Under the pieces are notes generated by a model. That model was not told the DNA's origin and searched no databases. It saw only the letters and a program-made list of their open reading frames with translations. A stretch of 63,113 bases of DNA, counting the filler, from Guillardia theta CCMP2712 (Eukaryota > Protista > Cryptophyta), in assembly GCF_000315625.1 (NCBI RefSeq). It is 4 parts of 4 records of this genome, joined end to end, with 100 filler letters (N's around TTAATTAATTAA, not from the genome) between each part and the next. Parts side by side here need not be neighbours in the genome. Positions count along the whole stretch, not along the records: positions 23,998 to 44,100 come from NW_005434418.1; 3 more parts are not named here. One strand, given 5' to 3'. A program made the translations under genes and the position numbers. Below, in pieces: positions 23,898-36,918 of this stretch; within the stretch, counting starts at the first letter, position 1, and each line of letters starts with the position of its first letter.

Positions 23898-23997
23898 NNN
23901 NNNNNNNNNNNNNNNNNNNNNNNNNNNNNNNNNNNNNNNNNTTAATTAATTAANNNNNNNNNNNNNNNNNNNNNNNNNNNNNNNNNNNNNNNNNNNN
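23898..23997. other. Assembly gap with artificial TTAATTAATTAA linker (also 44101-44200 and 60965-61064); plain 100-N gaps at 3787, 18750, 35975 and 40969
   Basis: N44-TTAATTAATTAA-N44 structure, identical at three sites, with stops in all six frames. Confidence 0.97.
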
Positions 23998-24449
23998 AGC
24001 GGGTGAACGATGGGTGGACCGACGATGGGATCATGCCGTCATCGGCGTATGGAGTTTAGCGAATGGCTGACGACGAACTCAGCAGGTGAGGAGGAGGAGG
24101 AGAGAACGAGGAATACAACGAGGAGGAGGAAGGGAGAGTGAGAAGATGTTGAATGCGAGATGAGACAGAGATTTATGGAGGAGTGTTCGAGGGTAGAAGG
24201 AAGGCGTCGGGTTGAGGGGAGAATTCAGAGAGGGGAGCAGATGGAGGAGAAAAGGAAACGCAGGAAGGGTGAGATGTAAGCTGTGAGTAAGATTATAGTG
24301 AGGGGATGGTGAGTTGAACTGGAAGAGAATGAGAAAGGCATCGAGGGTATCTAGGACTAGCTGGCATACGAAGGGGAGGGGAGATAGGGGAAACGGGAGT
24401 TGAGGGCAAGGGGAGGAGAGAAACGAAGTACAGGGAATTATCAAGATGA

Positions 24450-25247
24450 ATGACGGCCATTGTCCCAGGGTTCTACACTGGAACGAGGAGGAACAAGACC
24501 TACCGAGTGAGCAAGGACACCCTCCAGCTGCATTTTGAGATGTGCTCCTGCTCCGAGTGCAACTCAAGTGTGCTGAGATGCAGGAGCTGTCCCTTCTCGC
24601 TGCATGTCGGGAGGGCAGGGAACATCCTGTGGGGCAACCCGATAAGAGCGACGAAGATGTGCGACATCGCCACGGCCGGCGGGAGCCACATGGATAACGA
24701 GTGGCATCGGTTCTGGAGGGGCATCACCTCCCTGATGACGATTGCTCAGAGTAAGTTTCATGTCGACAGGAGGAGGAGGAGGAGGAGGAGAAGGAGGAGG
24801 ATGCTCTGTAAGAATGCTGCTGTGTGACCATTCCTGTGGACATGCCCTTTCATGCTGGGGAGATCGCTAGGTCGAGCAATGCAGCGCCCTCTCTGACGGG
24901 TGTTGGTGGCAGGAAGAGGAACGGACATGAAGTCGGTGGTGTCGGAGCTCAACGACCTGAACCTGACGATCGAGATGGACAACAGCTTCATCCCGGACGA
25001 CCGGGAGAAGATCGCCGAGTTCTACAGTAACGAGGAGTCCGTGCACCGAGAGGCTCTGGTTGAGATGTGTATCATCAACGGGACGAGAGTCCTGGACGCC
25101 AAGAAGTGGCTCGACGACAACTACCAAGGAGAGGACGACGCGACTCTGCAAGCGCTGGAGAACATGATGCAGGCCGCGCTGTATGTGGCGCGGGAGCTGA
25201 ATGTGTCGAGGAAGCGGAAGGTCCGAGATGACTCGGAGCTAGCATAG
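24450..25247 (+). CDS. Two-exon protein with putative zinc-finger domain (paralogue of 30569 gene)
   Basis: Exon 1 24450-24749 (GTAAGT donor), exon 2 24913-25247; CSEC-x6-CRSC...HMDNEWHRFWRG; C-terminal SRKRK. Confidence 0.7.
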
Positions 25248-25914
25248 CCAACTATCATCAGATCGCTTCTTTGTGTCCCTACCGGGTAATTTTCCATGTA
25301 GTTCAGTTGTATCAAGGTGTCATGTGGAATTTTTGCCTTTCATGTTCGGCATAGCATCGATAATATTCATGCACATGTCAGTAGTGAAATGTCTGGCGTA
25401 AGTCTTCTATCTATTATCAGTAATCATAAAGTATTGAGATGTACACGCTGCTGGATGGTACACCATGATTGAACTTTCTACTCACATGGTCAGTTGCCAT
25501 CGGTCGTGCGCAATAAGAATAATTGGATCTCAAGAGGAGATGACGAGGGAGTGAGGTAGCGAGTTTCCTCTGCAGGAGGATAGAGCAATTGCGAGGTATT
25601 GTTGTGGTAGATGAGGTAGCGAACAGGACCAGACGGAACATAGTAGGTGTTGTGATTGAGTGAGACAGTGAGGGGCCGGGAAAAGCAGGCAAGAAGTCCA
25701 ACCGTTTCATTCCATGCATCCTCCTTGTATGTACAGGAATGAGGGAAAACCCTCCTCCTCCTCCTCCTCCTCCTCCTCCTCTCCTCCTCCATGTCATCGT
25801 CATCCTCCTTGTCGCCTTCTCCTCCATCTCCAACCATCCCTCTCCCTCTCCCAGTGTCCCTGGCCCTTCACCCACTCTGCCTTCCCTTGCCCCCCCTCTC
25901 CTCCCCTCCCCATC

Positions 25915-28900
25915 TCACGCGAAGGCAGGAAGGGCATCGCAGAAGGAGGTCAGAGCCTCGAGGTCGGCATCGAAGATAACGACACCTTCAACGGCCTTGA
26001 GGTTGCTCTTGAGGAAGGCAACGTCTCCTGCCAGCCTGTGCTGGCTGACGGAGGTGGAGAGGGGTAGCTTCGAGAAGTGCTCGACCAGCCGCTTCGACGT
26101 CGTCTGCAGCAGCTGCTTCATGATCCGCTGCACAACCTTCTTGTCCAGTGTGCTGACGAGCACGCGAACGAGCGCCTGCATCTCCTTCACCAGCCCCTTC
26201 ATGTAGCTGCTCGCCCCCTGGTTGGCCGAGTCGTTCCACGCCTCCTCCATCAGATTCCTGCAGTGGAAGTCGAGCCTTTCCTTCATGATGGACACCAGCT
26301 TGACGTAGATCTCGTCCTCGTGCGCCGTCAGGTCCTTCCCGATCTTGTCCAGCTCCCCCAGCAGCACGTGCTGCCTCTCGGGGAGGATTGCCAGCAGCGA
26401 CTCCTTGAGATGGGGCAGGAGGGCGGCCAGGAACGAGACGCACTGGGCGGACAGCGCGAGGTGCTTCGCCGTGATGGTCTTCAGCCCCGCCAGTTGCATC
26501 GCCCGCGCCCCCAGCACCAGTTGACACGAACGGACGTTGTAGAGCTTCAGCAGGTCCAGCAGGCGCTGGACTATGTCGAGCCCGAGGGCCGGCAGCTGGG
26601 CGACGCAGGAGACGTAGTCGGCGATCATCTTGATCAGCGCCGTGAGCACTCCGACCGCAAAGAACTTGTCGCAGTCCAGGCTGATGTGCTTCGCCGGCCC
26701 GGACTCGCTCTTCACCTGCACCCCCAGCTTGATTCCGTCCTTCCAGCTCCCTCCTCCTGGCCTCGTGCACGCGTACACCATGGCCTGAATCTCCACCGGT
26801 ACGTCCACCTGCACCCAGCGCTCCTGGTCCAGCAGCGTGTTGAGCTTGCCGGTGTTGGCTTCGTGCAGAACCTCCAGGAAGCTCTTTGCCTGCGCATGCA
26901 GCCCTGCCCTCAGCACGTGCTTCTTGTGGCTGGAGCCGCAGAGCCTCTCGGTGGAGGAGACGAACTCGACGGTGGCATCGAACAGGGAGGAGAACTGAGC
27001 CAGGTTCCCATGGATTGTCTGCTGCTCCCGCACGGCGATGAGCCGCCAGCATCGCTGGTGCCCAGTGTCGCAGATGTGGTCTAGCACGGACTGAGAGGCC
27101 ACCAGCAGCTTCCCGCAGGCCTCCGGGCTCGTTGGGCCCTCTGTGATCTTGGAGCTCCTCCCGTCCTCCTCCTGCGCTCGGATCACGGCCGACAGGAGGC
27201 CCTGGACATTGGAGCAGCGGCTGAGAATCAGGTGAAGCACCTTGTACATGCGCTTCATCAATGTGAGAAAGGTGTCAGGGTGCAAAGCACGCAGCCGTTC
27301 CGCGAGAGGGGCCTTCTGCGCCGCTCCCCCCCCTCCCCCTCCTCCTCTCCCTCCCCCTCCCGGCTCATCGTCGTCCCCTGCCGGCATCTCCCTCCGGAGA
27401 ACTCCCTTGATTCCAGCCAGCACCTCCTTCACCGCTGCCTCCTTGTACTCTTCCAGCGCGTCCTGCAGCTTCCCAACCCTCACAAGCGCGAGGGAGATGG
27501 CGAGCAGACGGTCCTCCACGTTGCTGAGTGAAGCCGGATCCATCTCCTCCTCTCCTCCTCCTCCCTCCTCATACGAGGACACCTTTACGACGCTCAGCTC
27601 CCCGCAGGCCTGGCTAGAGTCTGCAACCAACCCATCCCTCCCCATCGCCAGCGCTGCCAGCTCGGAGCACATCATGTTCTGAACAACCACCTCCATCTCC
27701 ACGAGCTGGGCGCTTGTGTCCCTCACCGCCGTCACACCAGCTAGTTCCGTGCTGATCAGGAGCTTCGCGTCGCAGATGAGGTCGAGAGCCGACACGAAGT
27801 CAGAGCAGGAGAGGAGGACCTGCACTTCGTCACTTGCCCTCCGCATCTGCCACTCTAATACTCTCTGACCCCTGTCCTTCAACCTCCTCCACGCAATCCC
27901 TCCCCACCCCATCGCTCAACCTTCCTCCTCCCGTTCCTTCCCCTCCCTCCCCTTGTACTTGTCAGCCTCTCTCCGTTCCTGACCTGCAGATTCTGCTGCG
28001 TCTGCTTGACGTCAGCGAGGATGGTCAGCTTGCGGTGAAGTTCTTCCACGTTCTTCCTGTGCCTGCGCAGCTGCGCAATACGGAGCGCATGCCCGACGAG
28101 CCGCTTGTCTAGCGCCTGCATGGTCCTCCTGAGAGGGAGAGAAAGAATCAAGAGCTAGCCCTATTTCCCTCCTTATCCTCTCCTCAATTCCTCGCCCTTC
28201 CCCCTTCTTCCTATCCTCCTGTCCCTTGACACCCTCTTACCGGAATTCCAAGATCGTCTCCATGGTCTTATCCACCTCGGCATAGAGGTCCTGCAGCGTG
28301 TTGAGCGCGGAGTAGAAGGCGCTGGATCGCGCTTGAATCTCTCGCATCAGATTCTGCTCCACTACATCCAGGTGGTTGCTCAGCTCCTCTTGTAGAGCCG
28401 CGCACTCGTCCGCGTCCCCTCCTGCCCCCGTCCGCTGGAACGTGTCGTTGTGCTCCAGGTGGAAGTCCTTCTCGAAGTAGAACGATGGAACCTTCTGCAG
28501 CTCCTCTTTGGCTACAGCATGCTGGCCGCTCCAGGTGTTCGCTGTCCCGCGCTCGTCCTCGCTCCCCACCGTACCCTCTGATATACCCATCGGGTGCATC
28601 GACTCGAACCTGCTGACTAGCTCGCTCATGCTCGCCAGGTACTCCCGGAAGTCATCCAGACACACGCTTCCTCGTCGCGTGAGCGGAGCAACCTGAGGCT
28701 CCACCCAAGTCTGGTCCTGCTGCAGCCCCAGCAGCCTTTGAGGAGACTCCCAGAGGACGTTGTAGTCGCCATGGTACAGGAGGCTTGCGATGGACTCTTC
28801 TGCCTCCCTCTGCGGATAGTTGAGGGCCGAGCTGAGGGCTTGACTGAAGGACCCTCCAGCTGACTCCTTTCTGGAGAAGTCTTGCTTGGGGAAGGGAGGC

Positions 28901-29240
28901 CATGGAGGCAGAGCTGCCAGGAGCACCTGCGATCAGCTCCGACGGCGCTCCTTGGCTCGAGGACCTCACTTACTCCTCATCCCCAACCTCAACCTGCAGT
29001 TGAATTGAGCTGGTCGACAAAGTCCCCTCTGCCCACCTCCTTCCTTCATATCCTCTTCCCCAATAACTTCTCACATCCTTCATGTACCTCTCACTCTCCT
29101 AGAATCCCCTTAACCTCCGCTCCTGCCCCTCGTCTTCTCCCTCCTCTCTTGCACTTCCCTTCTCACTTCTATTTCTATCTCACAGAGCTGCCTGGTGGCA
29201 ATGTGCTCATCCTCTCTCCCCCTTTCACAATCCTTCGCCA
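25915..29240 (-). CDS. VPS54: Vacuolar protein sorting 54 (GARP complex subunit)
   Basis: LQEELSNHLDVVEQNLMREIQARSSAFYSAL, LDQERWVQVDVP, YNVRSCQLVLGARAMQLAGLKTITAKHLALSAQC and HEDEIYVKLVSIM are characteristic Vps54 segments. Start exon approximate. Confidence 0.92.
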
Positions 29241-30313
29241 TGAAAATCCTGCTCAGAAAGCCCATGTTGGCCGTCAGAGTTTCGCTCTCAACTTCCTAAA
29301 GAACTTATTCTCCAGACGATAACCTCCTCTACATACCCCGTGGCCTAACATCTTCGACCCTTTCCTTTGTCCTTGAATTTCCGGTATTCCTCTCCTCCTC
29401 ACTCTCCTCCACCCTTCCCCAATCTTCTCTTTCCTCCTCCCAACCTCCTGCCTCTCCCTCCCTCCCCGCTGCTGCTACTCCTCTCTCCTCTCTCGCTCTC
29501 ATATTCGCTCCCTTGTCCCCTCTCTCTTCTCCATTGTCGCTCGCCTTCACCGCCCACCCTCCTCCCTCCTCCCTCCCTTCCCTTCCTCCCATGTTCAATC
29601 CAGCATGATTCAATTCCAATCCCCTCGTACTAAAATTTTCTCTACATGCTCTCCCCCTGGTAGCTTTTAAAACACTAGTAAGCGCAAAATGATTCTGTGC
29701 TATTATTTCTCCGCAGTATTATAAATATATTTTGATCTAATATACTTATTAAACATATGTGTAACAGATAAGCAAAGATTTTCTCTAGCAATTTTGTACT
29801 TGAACATTATAATATATTTATTAAAGTACATGTTTCTTAGTGGTACAACATTTCATTCACCACTAACATACATATTCAGCACCAAGGGCTCTACTAGAAG
29901 AGGGTAGGGTACTCAACTAAGCCTATGATTTGTGGGGTAGTGAAAAGGTAAAATAACCGGTAATGTGATAATGAGATTGGGTAGGGGTACCATTCTAGGG
30001 GTAGTGAACCAAAGAGGGGTTGTAGGTGGAGCTTTGGTGAGAGAGGAAAACACAGGGGTATCGGGACTTCTGGAGGGGTGGGTAATGGTGGGGTAGGACT
30101 GCGATTGAGGGAACGGTAGGGGTATAAGGTGCAAGGGTACTCTACACCAGTCTAATATAGGGGTACTTTTATGATAAAAGAGGGGTACACGTAGAAATCT
30201 AGGATCAATTGAAACAGGGTGGGTGGAACATTATGTTGAGAGTTTGGTGGTGGGGTGGGGTGGAAGAGAGGATGCAGAAATGGCACCAAAGGAACGAAGG
30301 AACAGGTGCAGGT

Positions 30314-30344
<31 letters not shown>

Positions 30345-30375
30345 AAGGAGCAGGAGAAGGAGCAGGAGCAGGAGA

Positions 30376-30409
<34 letters not shown>

Positions 30410-30568
30410 ATAGTCTTGAGACACCTTTCGCGGATAAAGACGAGAGTAAACATCATGCTCTGCCATGGGTGAGACGGGATGGACAGGAGGAGGTGGAGGG
30501 ATGAACGATGATAAAGAATCAATCTGACATTCCTTGCGCCTCTTTCCCAGGAACCCCAAGAGGAGGAG

Positions 30569-33130
30569 CATGGCTTTGTGTCACCATGATGGCGCAGAGA
30601 GCACCACCATATTGGTCGGGAACAATACAGGCACCTATATCGGAGAGAAGAACACTAGGATAAAGAGCACGACGTACGCGATTACGGCAGAGGAGGTCAA
30701 TCAGCACTTTACAACGCGCAGATGCAACCCATGCAAGAAAGATTTTCTCTTCTGCCACACATGCCCTCATACCAAACACTCCAATAGCAACGACATCGGC
30801 GGATGGGTCAACCCCATCCAAATCTGTGGCGCCAAGGAAGTGGCTGTGCGCGCTTGTAAACACCGAGACAACGAGTGGCACAGATTCTTTCGAGGAGCAG
30901 AAGCGATAACAAAGCTCTCAACGGGTGAGGGAGGAGGAGGAGGGAGGGAGGGAGAGTCGGTGTAAGGTGATGTGCTTTCGTTGCAGTGGAAGGAGAATCG
31001 TCAATAGAGCTGATCATGGATCGAATCAACGAGGCTTGCCGAGTCGACTCTGGTCAAAAGTGCATCGTCAACGAAGATAAACTGAGGAGTTTCTTTCCGG
31101 AGATAAGCGATGATCAACTATCGGCCATCAAGATCATGCATTGGCCATTAAAAGAGGAAGTGGAATCGAAGAAGAAGCGACTGACTCTAACTTATTCAAA
31201 AGCCATGGGGAGCCAGGGGATGGCAGAGGAGATGGTGAAAAAAAGGTTTTTAGAGATCGACAATGTGAGCTATCGGTTCTCAAGGAAGAGACAGCGAGAT
31301 CTCAGTAGCAGCGACACCGACGAGGAAGAGGCGAAGCGAGTCTGCCCAATAGAGTCAAGAGGCATCGGCCCGATCATGATCCCTGGAGGAAACGACGATG
31401 GCACAGAAACGAAGTACATGCCTCCATCCCCAACTAACGTCGACGTCACCATGCTTGCTTTCTCTCCAGGTCCTGTGGACAGGTTGCCGAAGGTCCTATC
31501 AATCATTGAGAGTTGTGTTTGTAGCACCGGGATGCACCAAGAAAGAGAATTGGCTTCTCTTCTGCAAACCATTCTGAAGGAAGCTGTGTGTGTGTCGCAT
31601 TGCTATCTGAATGATGACAAGCACAACTACTTGCGAGACCTCCATGAGTCCGGTCGGGAGCTTCCAGGCATGATCAGCATGTGCGGCAACCACCTCTTAG
31701 AAATCTTCCACCACTGCCAGGACGAGGACGAGGCCGCCCCCTTGAACGACCATGTGTTCGGCACGTCGTATCAAGAACTCTCGGATGCTCTCAACTGGTA
31801 CGAGAGCCTCCGACCGACAGACGAGCACAGCAGGGGGGCGTTTGCCGCTGTGCTCTTCGTCTCTCGCTGGCTGATGCACAACTTCTCCCACATAGGTGAG
31901 CAGGAGCAGGTGAAGCAATTTTTCGAGGAGTTCAAGGAGACTTTCAGCAAACCCTACGAGAACGGAGCTGCCGTGAAAAATTTCTTTGAGAACGTGATCG
32001 ACTTTCTCTGCGTTAGCAAGTGGGGCCTCAAGAATCAGCCGATCAAGCAGGAGGTGATCTATGAGGGAAGTTACGTCGTCCTGCTCCGCATGCCTCGCGT
32101 GTTCGGCAGCGTCTTCCTCAACCTGATGGAGGAGGACAAACAGGTGAACATGCGGGTGAGGGATGCCGGGCTCGAGAGCATCGTCACGAGCCACTGCTGG
32201 GAGGGGGAAGCAGCCGGGGAAGTGGCAGAGCGTGAGGAGCTGGTTCGACGCCCTTGCAGAGAGGGGCCTGGCTAATACGAGGACCGGTGCAACGAGCACC
32301 GCTGCCCGACGTGAGCAGGGAAGGCAAGGGCTGAAAGCAGAGGTGAGGAGGAGGAGGAGGAGGAGGAGGAGGAGGAAGAGGAATACTGACGTTTGGACTA
32401 GCTCGGTGAGCTGTTTGCGGTGAGCTGCAAGGAGGGGTTGGCAGGTGAGGGAGACGCACTGGCGAGGGCGAAGAGAAAGGAGATGGTAATGGAGATGATC
32501 CGCGAGGGGATCGTATTGACGCAGCAGGACGACGAGGAGTTTGCGATCCTCCGCATGTTCATCCTTGACGAGAAGCATCTCAGCAAGGAGCAGCACGAGA
32601 AGTTGGAGAGGATCATGGTGGTACAGCCTCCTGCTCCCCCTCCAAAGAGATCTCGCACCAGGGGTATCTATGTATTACAAGGTCCTGCTGAACAGGAAGG
32701 GGCTGTACTGGAGAGGAAGAACCTGGCTCAGCTGACGCTGGACGAGATCCACGACTTCTGTGGGATCAGCAGGCTGAAGCTGCAGGTGGTGGTAGTTGAG
32801 GAAGAGAACGAGGATGAGAGGAGGCTGAAGGCTGTTGAGACTGGCGACATGCAGCGGAAGTACCGAGTGAGGAGGGGGAAGGACATCAAATTCGCGGTGG
32901 CGAACCTCGGGGAGGAGGAAGTACGTCTGCGGGTGTTCTACCTTGGTCCTTCTACGGGGGATGGCGAAGACGTCGGGCAAGGGGAGCAGGAGGTAGAGGG
33001 AATCGTGCTCCAGCCAATGACCAAGCAAGAGTTGGTCATGCGAACGTGCCTTGGAGAAGGGCAGGACAGGGACACTGTGATCTTGCGGCATGCAGACGGC
33101 ACAGAGCTGCGACTTGTGCTGGAGGAGTAG
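30569..33130 (+). CDS. Three-exon ~800-aa protein with the same N-terminal putative zinc-finger domain plus unknown C-terminal domains
   Basis: Exon 1 30569-30924, exon 2 ~30987-32342 (one extra G at 32203-32207), exon 3 32402-33130; CNPC-x6-CHTC...HRDNEWHRFFRG; SRKRQR. Confidence 0.7.
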
Positions 33131-35014
33131 AGAGAGGAAGATGAGGCGAAGGATGATTGCAGGAGCCGCATTGAAAAGCATCTTCGCTGGGAGAGGAACA
33201 GGCACTAAACGAAGGGTTCAAAATGAAGGAGGGTCAATTGGAGGAGGTAAAGAACACAACTTGCCAACGACAAAGGGAAATTGCAAGTCAAAACTGATCA
33301 AAAATCCAGCTAGGGGTGAGGAGACGGAGATGACTTTTAATTCAGATCAGTAGATGCTACTAAGTCACTTTAAGTTTTAAATAAGTTTTTTGACTTTTCA
33401 ACTTTCCTGTCCCCGGGAACTTCACAGCGGCCGACCGTGGGCCTTCTCACGGGCCGCCGAAGTTTGCTGGATGTAGTACTTCCGTCACGGGCCGTGTACG
33501 GTACCGTACCCGGAAATCGGTCAGCGGCCCCCCGGCCCGGGCCCGAGTCCCTGGTACGGTACTGTAGATATGCGGCCCGGGGGGCCACGCCACTGAGGTC
33601 CGACCAGTGCGGCCCGCCGCGGCGGAGCGGCAGCACTGCCGCATGAATGAACTTACTGGGTCGCGACTTCGGAGGTCGACCGGGGTCCGAGTCACCATTA
33701 ATCACCGTTGACAGTGGTAGACGGATGTCCTGAAGCTTACTTGAACCGAGTCGGAAGCCGGGGGGAGCCGCTGAGCTGACTCAGTCCGATCGCCGGGAGC
33801 TGAAATCGTAGTACTCGGGGCCGTCAGCCGCGGGGGCGCCCGGGCCGCCCGCAGTGCCATGCCCCAGACTCCCGTGCCCCCGGCGGCGGGGCCGCGCGCC
33901 TGCCAGCCTGAGGCCAGGCCTGGAGCCCCGGCCCCCCTGGGGCCGCCCCGGCCCGGGCGCCCGGCCCGGGCCCGCCGGGGCCACGGACTGTGGTGGAGAT
34001 GAGGGCTACAGGTTGAGCGGGGACGAGGGCTTCAAGAAAGCGAAGAGACAATGGGGAGAGCGCAGCTGGTAAGCGGGGGAGGAGGAGGAGGAGGAGGAGG
34101 AGGAGGAGGAGGAGGAGGAGGACGACGACGACGACGACGAGGGGGATGCCGAAGGAGAGCATGTGGGAACAACAAGGAAGATAGCGAGAGGAGCAATCTC
34201 ATGTGTAGAATGAGGCAAGTCAGGTCGAACAGATCAAACTAGAGAGGAGAACAAAGACGAGACACGTCGGTAGCTTGCCGGGTACTCGCCAGTGCGGTAC
34301 TCTGTTCACTGCAAGAGGGAGAACGTGACGACGGTAAGAACCAGTCAGACTGATCGCTTCATGGTAAGGTGCTGCTGCTGCTGTGCGCGGGGACGTTCGC
34401 TGCCTCCCTCTCCCCGAATGAGATCAGAGCCATTCGCGTCTCCAAACAGAAGGCAGCTGGTTTTGGTAGAGGCAGGGAAGCACGCCAGGTATGTTAACAT
34501 CTTTCCATCTGTCAACTGAGACTGTCGGCCAGCATTCCGCCAGGACCTCCTTCGAAGCTCATCGCATCAGCCGCCTAACGGGACATCACACTCAGCGCCC
34601 TGCCCTCCCTGCTCGTCCCTCTCACCTTGCTCACCCCGTCCAGCGCCCGAGCCCCAGGACGATCGACCATGTCGCTGTCTCTCCTCGTGCTGCTGCACAG
34701 GCATCAGCTCCATCCCATGTCCTGCATCCTCCGCACGCGTCAGTCTTGCTCGTGCCGCCTGACGCTCGCCGGCTGATCTGTAGACCTTCAGGGCAAGGGC
34801 GAAGGTGCAGCAGCAGCAGCAGCAGCCTGCGACCTCGGCAGCTGAGCGGAGTTGGAGCGAGGACAAGGACAGCGAGCTGGAGATGGAGGAAGAGAGGTTC
34901 TTGCAGCATGAATCCCCAAGGTGAGGAAGGAGGAGGAGACGAGCATGACGGAGGGAGGAGGAGACGGGGGTCGAGCATGACGGAGGGAGGAGGAGATGTG
35001 GGACGAGCATGACA

Positions 35015-35400
35015 GAGGATCGCAGGGCTGTGCATGACTGCGGCCTCTTCGACAACGACTGCAACTTCAAGGGGACGGGGCCGGACCGTGACCGCGGGAA
35101 CTATATGAAAGCTCGCCCGCAGTCCCTTGCTCAAGTCCCTTCCATGGTATCAGACGTGTGCTTGCAATACCTGGCTTTGTTCGTTCTTCCTCCTCCCTCC
35201 TCCCTTCCTCCTCCCTCCCTCTTCCTTCCTCCCTCTGCTGTGCTCCTCTTCCAACCTTCGATTGAACCCTCTTCCTGTCTCGTCTGACTCTCCTCTCAAA
35301 GCCTCGCCCGTCCTCCCGACCAGCTCCGTGGCTGCCGGACTGCCAGTCCCTGGACTGCGGGAAGGAGCTCAACTTGCAGAAGTCCAAGGTGAGAGCATCT
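35015..35400 (+). CDS. Exons of a small Cys-containing hypothetical protein
   Basis: RAVHDCGLFDNDCNFKGTGPDRDRGNYMKARPQSLAQVPSM with a GTATCA donor, then an exon at 35324-35388 with a GTGAGA donor. Full model unresolved. Confidence 0.35.
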
Positions 35401-36161
35401 TGACATGCCCATCGAAGGTCTGTCAAGTGACCATGTCAGGTCCATCAGATCAAGCAGTCTGCCCCCACTGCCCCTCAGGCAAGCCCCTACTGCCAACCTC
35501 CTCCTCCTCCTCCTCCTCCTCCTCCTCGTTATGATCCTTCCTCCTTCCTATTCCTTCCTCCTCTTCCACCTCCTCTCCCGCCTCCTCCTCTTTTCCGCCT
35601 CCTCCTCCCGCCTCCTCCTCTTTTCCGCCTCCTCCTCCCTCCCGCCTCCCCCCTCGTCCTCGTCTATTCCTTTCTACTGCTTCTTACGTCAGACTGCGGT
35701 AAAAACAGAGCAAGGTGGAGGAGGTCAAACTTTCGAATCAAAAATCATCAACTTGCAAAAGAACTCTACCACAGCTGCGTCAAAACATGCAGGGTTCTTC
35801 CTGCTTCTTCTCCCATGCCCTTCTCTCTGTAACTTGGCCCTGGCCCTGTTCCTTGTTTTTCCTCTCTCCATCGTTCCACCTTCCCTCATTCCGATACCAA
35901 CCCCGTTTCGTTTCCGGTCCCGTTTCCGTTTCCGTTCCGTTCCATTTCCGTTTCGGTTCGTTCCCTCCTTTCCCNNNNNNNNNNNNNNNNNNNNNNNNNN
36001 NNNNNNNNNNNNNNNNNNNNNNNNNNNNNNNNNNNNNNNNNNNNNNNNNNNNNNNNNNNNNNNNNNNNNNNNNNGTTCCCTCCTTCCCTCCCTCCCCTTC
36101 GCATGCACTTCTCTGTACCTGACCTGGTCTTCCCTCTCCTCTCCTTCAGAGCGAAGCTGCC

Positions 36162-36887
36162 ATGATGAGCCAGCAGCGAAGGCCGCCCGTCGGCGCGATG
36201 GGGATGCAGCCGGGGGGGCGTTACCCTCCTCTTCTCAGCTCTCCGACGTATCCGACCGCCGTCATGCCAATGAGCTCTTCCCCCCTCTACATGCGGGCCG
36301 GAAATTCCTTCGCTCCCCCCATGGAGTTCGATCCCCGGGCGAACAACTTTGTAAACTTCCTCCTCCTCCTCCTCCTGCTCCTCCTGCTCCTCCTGCTCCT
36401 CCTGCTCCTGCTCCTCCTGCTCTTGCTTCTTCTCTTTGCCGAACGTTGACGAGCTCGTAGGCCCCTCAGCCTGTTCCCCCCATGCTCCAGGACCAAGTTC
36501 CACAGCAGGAGATGGGACAAGGGGTGGAAGCACCAGCGACAGGAGCGGAGGAGGAGGTGCCTGTGCAACAGGAGCCTCTTGGAGAGCCGGAGGAGGGGGC
36601 CATGGTTGAGTCACAGGAAGGATCAGCAGCAGCAGCTGCTGCCAACGAGGATGCGGCAGCTACAGCAGAGCCGGAGGAGGAGAGGCCAGAGCAGGAGGAA
36701 GCGGGAGAGACAACGTCGTTGCAGGCGCAGGGAGCATGCTGCGATGATGAAGGAAACTGCCACAAGTGTCCTGGACCCGATGAGGCAAGAGGAGGAGGGG
36801 GGAGGAGAGGCAGGGTCAGGGGGCTGGGAGGGAGGGAAAGGAGCCGGAGGACGTTTGTGATTGGGAGGGAGGAGAAGAGCGGGAGTT

Positions 36888-36918
<31 letters not shown>

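Noticed and set aside
23942-23953. Palindromic TTAATTAATTAA repeated at 44145 and 61009
   Set aside because: Centred in N runs with identical geometry; an artificial six-frame stop linker.
25988-27084. Long overlapping ORFs on or against VPS54 (likewise 47973-49178 and 49770-50972)
   Set aside because: Shadow frames caused by high GC3 codon bias in real genes.
32200-32210. Frameshift in the long zinc-finger paralogue
   Set aside because: One extra G in a G run restores a continuous frame; same error type as at 16718 and 46800.
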